From positions 840,001 to 872,000 of the forward strand of contig NC_018655.1 of assembly GCF_000299365.1 (NCBI RefSeq): a DNA stretch of 32,000 nucleotides. Direction: 5' to 3'. The DNA comes from Candidatus Nitrosopumilus koreensis AR1. Its GTDB lineage: Archaea; Thermoproteota; Nitrososphaeria; Nitrososphaerales; Nitrosopumilaceae. A model generated the notes under the pieces. That model was not told the origin of the DNA. It was given only the letters and a program-made list of their open reading frames with translations, and did not search any database. The position numbers were made by a program, and so were the translations under genes. Below are positions 1-6,864 of this stretch, one piece after another (the first letter of the stretch is position 1; each line of letters starts with the position of its first letter).

Positions 1-303
1 GAAAAAGAAGAAGACGAATTTGCAATTTGTTGTTATCAAGATCCCCAAGTTTCAAAAAGTGACAAGCATATTGGATTATTTAGAACAGGAATGAGGCAAA
101 GCAGCGGATATAATCAAGTAAAGCCCATTATTGAAGAAAGAGCCCCACTTTTACAAATTGCTTTTGCAGCAGACGCTATAGACATATCAACGTATGAAGA
201 AATTTCGAAGCTTATCCCAATTAGAAAATTTAGAATAATTAGTGAAAAGGACTTGAAAAAACAAGAATACTATTATGAAAAAATGTCAAACATAGAAGAT
301 TGA
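1..303 (+). CDS. C-terminal part of a hypothetical protein (5' end outside window)
   Basis: Frame is open from base 1 (EKEEDEFAICCYQDPQVSKSDKHIGLFRTGMRQSSGYN...) through the TGA at 301-303; the track ORF at 91 is an internal Met. Confidence 0.7.
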   Translation, partial: EKEEDEFAICCYQDPQVSKSDKHIGLFRTGMRQSSGYNQVKPIIEERAPLLQIAFAADAIDISTYEEISKLIPIRKFRIISEKDLKKQEYYYEKMSNIED

Positions 304-306
304 AAA

Positions 307-340
307 ATGGTAGGATTCAAAAAATTTTGAATCATACCAT
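307..340. repeat. Near-perfect inverted repeat / hairpin just after the first CDS
   Basis: ATGGTAgGATTCAAAA-AA-TTTTGAATCaTACCAT: 15 bp of pairing with a single G/A mismatch and a 2-nt centre. Confidence 0.8.
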
Positions 341-666
341 TTATGGTCGGGTAAAAGATATCATCTGAATTTCATATAAAGAATAACTACTGATTTGTTC
401 ATATTTTTGATACTGATGAATCGTTCATTCTTGTTAAATAGAAAATTTACCATATTTAATCATGAAAAATAACAATTACAATTCATCATGGGAAGAAGCA
501 ATTGGTCTTTCATGGTTAATGTCTGATGAAGAACATGCCTGAATTCGTATGTAGTTCATACTGCTGTGTAAAAAAACAAAAAACGCCAACGATACACATT
601 AGAAAAATCTAAGGGTTTATTTTTTAATTATTGTAAACATAAATTCAATAATCACGAATTGAGAAC

Positions 667-837
667 ATGCACTGCGATGATAAAAGAACACTATTTGTCT
701 TAAAACAAGGAATTGAAGAGACATGGGATTTGCTAAAAAAATCAGATTTTGCAGATGAAGATTTGATAAAAAAACTCAACAACGAGATACAAGAATATTT
801 TGAATACAAAAAATATCATAATTTTAGAATTGCTTAA
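667..837 (+). CDS. Small hypothetical protein (56 aa), below track cutoff
   Basis: ATG to TAA, MHCDDKRTLFVLKQGIEETWDLLKKSDFADEDLIKKLNNEIQEYFEYKKYHNFRIA; composition resembles neighbouring genes. Confidence 0.5.
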   Translation: MHCDDKRTLFVLKQGIEETWDLLKKSDFADEDLIKKLNNEIQEYFEYKKYHNFRIA

Positions 838-862
838 GTAATATTTTGACGTATATTACTGT

Positions 863-1255
863 ATGAATTTTGAAAATCTCTTAAAGAGAATAATGGATTC
901 GGATGTAAACATCAGACACAGTATAATCACAGATACTGAAGGAAACATACTTTCTACAAGTCACAGAGAAGGCATAACAAATTATCTGTCACAAGAAGAA
1001 ACAGAAGCATCTCTAAAAAGAGCAGCACAAGCATGGAAAGGAAGGAAACAGCTCAAGCCAAAAATTGGAAATGGGTTGTATGCAATAGCTGCATTTGAGA
1101 AGATTACAAGAATGACGTTTCCGCTAGGAGAAAACAATCTAATCTTTGTCAGCATGGGTTCAGATACAGTAAGGACAGATCTTCATGAAGGAGGAGAAAA
1201 ACAAATTGTCGAACATGTTCTAAACATACTTAGTCGCGACCCAACTAAAGAATAA
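863..1255 (+). CDS. Hypothetical protein, likely roadblock/LC7-like alpha/beta fold; resembles the 28990..29379 protein
   Basis: 130 aa ORF with aligned blocks (DSDVNIRHSIITDTEGNILS; LKPKIGNGLYAIAAFEKITRMTFPLGENNLIFVSMGSDT). Confidence 0.75.
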   Translation: MNFENLLKRIMDSDVNIRHSIITDTEGNILSTSHREGITNYLSQEETEASLKRAAQAWKGRKQLKPKIGNGLYAIAAFEKITRMTFPLGENNLIFVSMGSDTVRTDLHEGGEKQIVEHVLNILSRDPTKE

Positions 1256-1270
1256 TCAAAGAAAAATAAA

Positions 1271-1402
1271 TTGTCAACAATAGAACACACCAAAGAATGT
1301 CAATATAGAATGGACAATGATATGCCACATACTAATTGTTATTGTAAATGCCACAAAATCATCATGGCAGATTCTGCCAAAATGGAATCAAGAACTTTTT
1401 AA
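1271..1402 (+). CDS. Candidate Cys/His-rich microprotein (43 aa from TTG; 30 aa from ATG at 1310)
   Basis: MSTIEHTKECQYRMDNDMPHTNCYCKCHKIIMADSAKMESRTF, with clustered Cys and His; not in the ORF track. Confidence 0.4.
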   Translation: MSTIEHTKECQYRMDNDMPHTNCYCKCHKIIMADSAKMESRTF

Positions 1403-1621
1403 TTCTTTTTCAGGCTCAAAATTTTCAATGATTTCAGTCACACGAGACAGAATTGTTTCTTTAATTTGCTCTTGGGTCATACCCGAAGTATGCATGAGTT
1501 TCATTTGATCAAGGAGCGCAAAATGGACTCGTCCTTGAAGATAGTCAACTATTCCATATCCTTGTTTGGGAAATTCTGTTACAAACAAATCATGTTCAGA
1601 TTGATCAGAAGTTTCAGTCAT
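1388..1621 (-). CDS. Hypothetical protein (77 aa)
   Basis: ORF with normal soluble-protein composition; chosen over the overlapping + strand ORF 1317..1508. Confidence 0.6.
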   Translation of the reverse strand: MTETSDQSEHDLFVTEFPKQGYGIVDYLQGRVHFALLDQMKLMHTSGMTQEQIKETILSRVTEIIENFEPEKELKSS

Positions 1622-1693
1622 GATGAATTAATTTGTTAAAAACCAGTTATAAAATTTCCAAATACTCATAAAACTATAGAAAAGATTCACCAT

Positions 1694-2044
1694 ATGACAG
1701 AATTTATCCACAAACCATATGACAAAATCTATGTTCGAGACATGATCAAATTGGATTTAGACGATCTTATTGGAATGATGTCTTCACTAGAATCAGCCAA
1801 CGCATATTGGGTTGATGGAGTATTGTTTGCAAGTTTTGCCATGACAGAATCTGAAGAACTGGCAAAAAAAGAGATGCAAAACGAGATGTACCTTGATAAA
1901 ATCATTTTTGCAAAGTATGAAAACTATACCAAGACAGTAAAATCGTCTACTAATCTTGAAATCGGCATTCTAAACATGAGTAAAAGCAAGCTGTACAAGG
2001 ATTTGATTGCCTGGTTAAAATCACAGTCAATTTGGAATGAATAA
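1694..2044 (+). CDS. Hypothetical protein (116 aa)
   Basis: Complete ORF, no competing frame. Confidence 0.75.
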   Translation: MTEFIHKPYDKIYVRDMIKLDLDDLIGMMSSLESANAYWVDGVLFASFAMTESEELAKKEMQNEMYLDKIIFAKYENYTKTVKSSTNLEIGILNMSKSKLYKDLIAWLKSQSIWNE

Positions 2045-2076
2045 GTGACGTTATAATTTTAGAAACAATCTAGAGT

Positions 2077-2247
2077 CTAATTTGAAAGAGTTGCGCTATT
2101 CCTACGAATGATACATTGTGAGTGAATTTCTTCATCTGTGATGTGACCAAGTTTTCCACAAGTAAATTGGTTAGGCTTGGAACAAACACTGCATTTTTTG
2201 TAAACCTGTAACTGTTCACCACATTTTCTACAACAATCATCCTTCAT
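2077..2247 (-). CDS. Zinc-finger-like microprotein (56 aa), below track cutoff
   Basis: MKDDCCRKCGEQLQVYKKCSVCSKPNQFTCGKLGHITDEEIHSQCIIRRNSATLSN; paired CxxC motifs plus further Cys/His. Confidence 0.65.
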   Translation of the reverse strand: MKDDCCRKCGEQLQVYKKCSVCSKPNQFTCGKLGHITDEEIHSQCIIRRNSATLSN

Positions 2248-2332
2248 GAAGGTATTTTTTTCAAAAGTGAATTTAAGTTATAGCAAAATTAGAACAGACT
2301 AATTAGGTCATGCTAATTTTAAAATAATATTC

Positions 2333-2557
2333 GTGCTAGACATAATTATGAATGACAGTGTCAACATTAAAGAAATAATTATTGAATTTATCAAAAACAG
2401 ATCAGAAATTAATGAGACAACTGCAACAAGACATATTCATAGAAGATTTGATATTTCAGAAGAGGAGATAGAAAAAATTCTAGAAGAATTCGTTAATAAA
2501 AATAAAATAAAAAAAACGTATGATGAAGAATATCAGGAAAATAGGTTCACAACATAA
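2333..2557 (+). CDS. Small hypothetical protein, possible winged-helix-like
   Basis: 74 aa ORF, helical pattern IKEIIIEFIKNRSEINETTATRHIHRRFDISEEEIEKILEEFV. Confidence 0.6.
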   Translation: MLDIIMNDSVNIKEIIIEFIKNRSEINETTATRHIHRRFDISEEEIEKILEEFVNKNKIKKTYDEEYQENRFTT

Positions 2558-2599
2558 CCTTCAATCAATCTTTTTAAGAGAACAATTCAAAACAAATTT

Positions 2600-3073
2600 G
2601 TGAAATTTAAATCAGAAAAATCAATTAAAGAATATCTCAAAAAGTTGCCAGATGACACAGTTATCAAATATTATCTAGATGTAGAATATAGCCCATTTCC
2701 AGTGCTAGTTATCGAAGAATACACACGTAGATTCAAGAAAAAAACAAAAAACGAGATAATCAAAGATTTGAAATATCAAAGTAAACTAGCTCATAAAAAA
2801 ACACAAGAATTGGGCAAAATGGCAAAAAATCACAGACTTGTAGATGACATAACCAAACAAAAATCAGATGAAATTATCAAACACGCAAAAAAGAAAGGGT
2901 TTGAAATAAGCCAAGCAATATCAAAGAAAAAAGCAAGTTTAAAAACAAAACTCAAAACTTCAACTCAAAAACATCTTGAAGAATTAGAAAAACTAGGAGA
3001 ACTCAAAAAGCAGGGATTAATCACTGCAAAAGAATTCCAAGAGACTAAAAAGAAGATATTATCAAAAATCTAG
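2600..3073 (+). CDS. Coiled-coil protein with C-terminal SHOCT-like motif
   Basis: GTG start; C-terminus LEKLGELKKQGLITAKEFQETKKKILSKI matches SHOCT consensus. Confidence 0.75.
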   Translation: MKFKSEKSIKEYLKKLPDDTVIKYYLDVEYSPFPVLVIEEYTRRFKKKTKNEIIKDLKYQSKLAHKKTQELGKMAKNHRLVDDITKQKSDEIIKHAKKKGFEISQAISKKKASLKTKLKTSTQKHLEELEKLGELKKQGLITAKEFQETKKKILSKI

Positions 3074-3074
3074 C

Positions 3075-3161
3075 CTAGAGACGCCACAACATCACCATAA
3101 TACCATAAAAAACAGCTATTGAAACACCAATCAATATTACGCCAATTGTAGATTTTTTCAT
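3075..3161 (-). CDS. Candidate single-pass membrane microprotein (28 aa)
   Basis: MKKSTIGVILIGVSIAVFYGIMVMLWRL; ATG lies one base after the stop of the 3163..3576 ORF on the same strand. Confidence 0.4.
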   Translation of the reverse strand: MKKSTIGVILIGVSIAVFYGIMVMLWRL

Positions 3162-3162
3162 A

Positions 3163-3576
3163 TCAATTATTTGAGTATGGAGACAATACAGAAATCCAAT
3201 ATTTCATTATTTTTTTATTTAGATCAGCAAAGGTGTATGCATTATCATTTAGGGTTTTTGCATAACTTTTTCCATGTTCAATATTAGCAATTGCAATTTT
3301 ATGAAATATTGAACGAAACTTTATTGTTTCATCAGACATATTTTCAATAATTTCTTTTACATCATCAGAGAATTTAGGGCCAAAACCAGAACGTGTTGAG
3401 AATTCTTTTTGAAGTAAAATATTAGAATTCACATAATTTTTCCAGACTTTGTAATATTCATTTTGCAAATCAAACAATGTTTGTTGAATATGAGGCACAT
3501 TTTGTTCAAGTTCCACAAAATATTTTTTACTTATTTTTTCAAACAATTCAAAATTATCAGTTTGAGATTCAGGCAT
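3163..3576 (-). CDS. Hypothetical helical protein (137 aa)
   Basis: Complete ORF, MPESQTDNFELFEKISKKYFVELEQNVPHIQQTLF... Confidence 0.7.
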   Translation of the reverse strand: MPESQTDNFELFEKISKKYFVELEQNVPHIQQTLFDLQNEYYKVWKNYVNSNILLQKEFSTRSGFGPKFSDDVKEIIENMSDETIKFRSIFHKIAIANIEHGKSYAKTLNDNAYTFADLNKKIMKYWISVLSPYSNN

Positions 3577-3682
3577 ACTAGATTTAGTTTTTTTAGAGAT
3601 TTAAACTAGCAGGTGGGAAATCAAGAGTAAAAATAATCCAAATGAAATGAATATACACTAGTACAATACATCACAAGACCTA

Positions 3683-3982
3683 ATGATCACATTTGATAAC
3701 AGAGTTCGCTATGAGTACAAAATTAAAACTGCTAGGATAGACACACTTGTAAAATCAATAATGACACATAGAGATCCTAAGAGTCAGGAAGCAAGAGATG
3801 CATCAAAATTTTTGGATTTGTTAATTTCCGAAATAGACAGATTCTATGAAGAGAATAGTGATCTTTTATCAAAAAAAGGTAAAAGACCACATCCTCGTTC
3901 ACGCTTACCAGAAAATAAAGAATGGAATGATAATGTCGAGAAATATTACGAAAAAAATCCTCGTAAAAGACCTAGAAAATAA
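3683..3982 (+). CDS. Hypothetical protein, basic C-terminus (99 aa)
   Basis: Complete ORF with a TATA-like ATATACAC stretch upstream. Confidence 0.65.
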   Translation: MITFDNRVRYEYKIKTARIDTLVKSIMTHRDPKSQEARDASKFLDLLISEIDRFYEENSDLLSKKGKRPHPRSRLPENKEWNDNVEKYYEKNPRKRPRK

Positions 3983-4151
3983 TCAATCAGATTAGTCCAA
4001 ATTCAAGAAGTCAACTAGTAAAAATTAGAATAAACGAATCATCAAAAGCATAATCATCATAACATTCGATGATACCAAATTCCTCATATTTCATAATTCT
4101 ATATAGAAAAATACTAGAAATTCTCAAATATTGTTTTTGAAAGATATACTC

Positions 4152-4346
4152 ATGGATAATCCTACTGAGATCAATTCTGTTTATTGGGATGAAGAAACAA
4201 AATCATGGCAATACAAAGTGGTTCCAGTTGAGGAGTATCATGGATTCACAGAGTGCCAGCATTGCAGAAGGCCCATGTCTCACAACATAAAGAGTGAAGG
4301 AGAATTCAAAGTGGCCTATGTGAAATGTGCATGCGCAAGAGAATAG
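4152..4346 (+). CDS. Small putative zinc-binding protein (64 aa)
   Basis: ATG within the 4131 track ORF; CQHCRRP...CACARE. Confidence 0.65.
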   Translation: MDNPTEINSVYWDEETKSWQYKVVPVEEYHGFTECQHCRRPMSHNIKSEGEFKVAYVKCACARE

Positions 4347-4420
4347 TTATTTTCCAAGAGACATGTAAATTAAAACCCCAGATAAAATAATTATCAAAAT
4401 TGTGGGAGGAACCCATGATT

Positions 4421-5092
4421 TCATGGCATCACTTCATTATTTAGATAGTATTTTTCTATTCGCTCATGCATTGGTTGGATATAGTCATCACATTTTTTGA
4501 TAAATTCCTGTCTAGTATTCTTTTCACTACTCACAAGAATCACCACTTGGTTAATCTTTTGTCCTGTAACCTCATGAAACATTTGAGTATAACATGTAGT
4601 CTGTAAATAATACTCATACATGTATTCATCAACTTGAGGTTTTCTTTTTGTTTTATAATCGATAATTGATAATTCGCCATTATATTTTGCAATAAGATCA
4701 CTTGTTCCTGCAACTTTTAGATTATCAGAATACATTCGTTGTTCAATACAGGTAACATCTGAAATATTTTCTAAGAAAGGCTTTAGATTGTGAAAGTGTG
4801 CAATAGGAAGCAAGTCAAATTCTTCCAGGTTTAGATTCCGAGCCAAATAATCTTCAATAATTTTGTGAGATTGTGTTCCAATGTGTTGAGACTGTGCTGT
4901 GATGTATTCATGGGCAGGTTCATTTTCCCTCCAAGCAGATAACCCGTTTTTCTTTTCATCAGAAGCAGTGGCAGACAAAATTGTGCTTATTGAAGGGTAA
5001 ATTTTGTCAAATTTTGTTTGATACCAGTGGCCATCTTCTCTATCAAGTAGTGTAGGTTCCCTTATTTTCAGCATCTGAGCAAAATTAGGCAT
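4421..5092 (-). CDS. PD-(D/E)XK nuclease, RecB/MGME1-like exonuclease family
   Basis: RecB-type motifs: GTQSHKIIEDYL (GxxxHxxxE), GTSDLIAKYNGELSIIDYKTKRKP (D...DYKT), YLQTTCYTQMF (QxxxY). Confidence 0.8.
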   Translation of the reverse strand: MPNFAQMLKIREPTLLDREDGHWYQTKFDKIYPSISTILSATASDEKKNGLSAWRENEPAHEYITAQSQHIGTQSHKIIEDYLARNLNLEEFDLLPIAHFHNLKPFLENISDVTCIEQRMYSDNLKVAGTSDLIAKYNGELSIIDYKTKRKPQVDEYMYEYYLQTTCYTQMFHEVTGQKINQVVILVSSEKNTRQEFIKKCDDYIQPMHERIEKYYLNNEVMP

Positions 5093-5127
5093 AATTGATT
5101 TCAGAGCACTAGTAATTTAATACTAAG

Positions 5128-5529
5128 TCATTCAATCATTTTTTGGAATTTGTCAAATTCGGATTTAGTTTTTACAAATTGATCCGTATTGATTTTCAAT
5201 GAAAAAAGCGGATCCATTTTTTCATTAATAATGAAAAGTCGTTCATCAAAGATCAAGGTTTCAATTAGTTCTTCATTAGGATATACAGTGAATTGAAGAA
5301 ATTGTTCATCAGTCTTTATTTTTAATTGAAAGCCCATTAAAAGACCAAATTCATCATCTTTGTTTAAAAATCCTGTAAGACTGGCGCGGAGAGAGGGATC
5401 ATCATTCACATCATCATAATTATTTTGAGGATCAATTATACAGGCAACAGGAGTTCCTTGAATGTGCAATACAACAGATTTGTGAGTTGGGACAAAATCT
5501 TCAGGATTTGCCATTTTATCTAGAGGCAT
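5128..5529 (-). CDS. Hypothetical protein (133 aa), same strand and immediately upstream of the nuclease
   Basis: Complete ORF, 35-nt spacing to the nuclease start. Confidence 0.7.
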   Translation of the reverse strand: MPLDKMANPEDFVPTHKSVVLHIQGTPVACIIDPQNNYDDVNDDPSLRASLTGFLNKDDEFGLLMGFQLKIKTDEQFLQFTVYPNEELIETLIFDERLFIINEKMDPLFSLKINTDQFVKTKSEFDKFQKMIE

Positions 5530-5582
5530 GTTTTATGAAAGAATTTCAGTATTGTTAAGTATCACGATTTTTCATAACACAC

Positions 5583-5780
5583 ATGAGTAATCTAGATGAC
5601 TCAATTGGAAAAATCTTACTAGAGTTGCAAAGAGAGGATCCTGAAACATTTGGAAAATTGATGAAAAAAGCGCAAGAAGACAATCCTGAACTATTTGAAG
5701 ACGTAGACACAGAAAACAAAGAGATTGAAGAAGATAACAAAAAAGTAGACGAGTACAACAATGCAATAGATGAAGAATGA
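5583..5780 (+). CDS. Small acidic hypothetical protein (65 aa)
   Basis: MSNLDDSIGKILLELQREDPETFGKLMKKAQEDNPELFED...; coherent composition compared with the hydrophobic antisense ORFs. Confidence 0.6.
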   Translation: MSNLDDSIGKILLELQREDPETFGKLMKKAQEDNPELFEDVDTENKEIEEDNKKVDEYNNAIDEE

Positions 5781-5830
5781 GTTTTCATAATAACCTCAGA
5801 TTTTAAACTAAAATCAAAGTAATAATCTTC

Positions 5831-5935
5831 TTGAGTTATAGATGTCTTATTTGCAATGTTGTCATGACAACGCCTAGGAAATTAGAGGATCATCTCCAAA
5901 TCGAGCACAAGTGGGGTAAAAAACATGAAAGATAG
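5831..5935 (+). CDS. C2H2 zinc-finger microprotein (34 aa), TTG start, below track cutoff
   Basis: MSYRCLICNVVMTTPRKLEDHLQIEHKWGKKHER; C-x2-C-x12-H-x4-H. Confidence 0.6.
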   Translation: MSYRCLICNVVMTTPRKLEDHLQIEHKWGKKHER

Positions 5936-5984
5936 GCTCAAAAAATGAATTTTTATAAAAACACCTAATTATTTATGGAATGAC

Positions 5985-6218
5985 TTGAAACAAATCTCAT
6001 TGAATTTCATTTCAAAAAAAGTTTTAGATTTTCAAAAAAAGAAGCTAAAATCAGCCGAGTATAATTTGAAAAAACATATTCATGAAATAGAAAGATTAGA
6101 GGAGATTAAAAATTCAGATAATTCAAAAGAGATTGAAAATCAGAGAAAAATGGTAAAAATCTGGACAGATAACATTAAGAAAATTAAAGAAGAGATTAAA
6201 AAAATAGAGTCAAGATAG
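5985..6218 (+). CDS. Coiled-coil hypothetical protein (77 aa, TTG start)
   Basis: ORF with strong heptad-like K/E pattern; 13 nt upstream of the next gene. Confidence 0.55.
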   Translation: MKQISLNFISKKVLDFQKKKLKSAEYNLKKHIHEIERLEEIKNSDNSKEIENQRKMVKIWTDNIKKIKEEIKKIESR

Positions 6219-6231
6219 TGAATAAAGAATT

Positions 6232-6564
6232 ATGAAATTTAAAAAGGATTCAAAATCAATTGAAGAGAATTTAGAATTAAGAATACTTGCAGAATATAAT
6301 CGAAGATTCAAACAAATGAAAATTACTCAAAAAAAAGTAAACAAATTACGAGATATGGAAATGGATGAAGAAGCCAAAAAAATCCAAGGATTAGTGAAAT
6401 TACTGTTAGGTGAAATTGAAGCATATTATAGAAAATATCGTAAAATATTGATAAAATATGGAATTTTACCAGAATATCCTTTAGAAATTAATGATATCAC
6501 TAAAGAAGAAATGGATATTGCCACAAGATGGCAAAATGCTCATCGTAAAAAATATGGAATATAA
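6232..6564 (+). CDS. Hypothetical helical protein (110 aa)
   Basis: Complete ORF, probably co-transcribed with 5985..6218. Confidence 0.65.
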   Translation: MKFKKDSKSIEENLELRILAEYNRRFKQMKITQKKVNKLRDMEMDEEAKKIQGLVKLLLGEIEAYYRKYRKILIKYGILPEYPLEINDITKEEMDIATRWQNAHRKKYGI

Positions 6565-6585
6565 AAAAAGAAAAAAATTAGGAGT

Positions 6586-6750
6586 TTACTGTAATGAATA
6601 ATGTACATCGCAAAATAGAACGATTCCATTTGACAATGTTTTTGCAGTAATAGAATGGCCATCTTCTAATCCTTTACCACAAACATAACATTCTACTTTA
6701 CTTACTGAAGTTGAAATATTTCGTTTTTTGAGAACTTGCATGTCTTGCAT
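6586..6750 (-). CDS. Small putative zinc-binding protein (54 aa)
   Basis: MQDMQVLKKRNISTSVSKVECYVCGKGLEDGHSITAKTLSNGIVLFCDVHYSLQ; CxxC...CxxH. The longer track start at 6819 runs into the promoter region. Confidence 0.6.
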   Translation of the reverse strand: MQDMQVLKKRNISTSVSKVECYVCGKGLEDGHSITAKTLSNGIVLFCDVHYSLQ

Positions 6751-6798
6751 AATTGCTCGATTTACCCCCTGCATGACAACTATACTACGATCAACTAT

Positions 6799-6830
6799 GC
6801 TATAAAGGTACCGTACCATACGGTAATAGC
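6799..6830 (+). promoter_or_regulatory. Putative trp operon core promoter and operator palindrome
   Basis: TATAAAG at 6801-6807 followed by TACCGTA-CCA-TACGGTA (6809-6825), flanked by GCTAT...ATAGC; upstream of trpE ATG at 6865. Confidence 0.6.
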
Positions 6831-6864
6831 ATTGTGCCTAGTAGAGAGCCAATTTAGACAAAAA

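Noticed and set aside
462-542. 26-aa ORF MKNNNYNSSWEEAIGLSWLMSDEEHA
   Set aside because: Too short to support without conservation or a recognisable motif.
1317-1508. Plus-strand 63-aa ORF
   Set aside because: Mostly antisense to 1388..1621, which has better composition; the start also overlaps the better Cys-rich frame.
4011-4094. 27-aa minus-strand ORF MKYEEFGIIECYDDYAFDDSFILIFTS
   Set aside because: A TATA-like stretch lies upstream but length and composition alone are insufficient.
5555-5788. Ser/Leu-rich minus-strand ORFs 5555..5788 and 5572..5766
   Set aside because: Antisense to the coherent acidic ORF 5583..5780; apparent signal peptide or TM character is an antisense artefact of Asp/Glu codons.
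6736-6864. Extended N-terminus of trpE in the track (MHVLHNCSIYPLHDNYTT...)
   Set aside because: It would start upstream of the TATA box and operator palindrome and does not resemble TrpE; ATG at 6865 is preferred.
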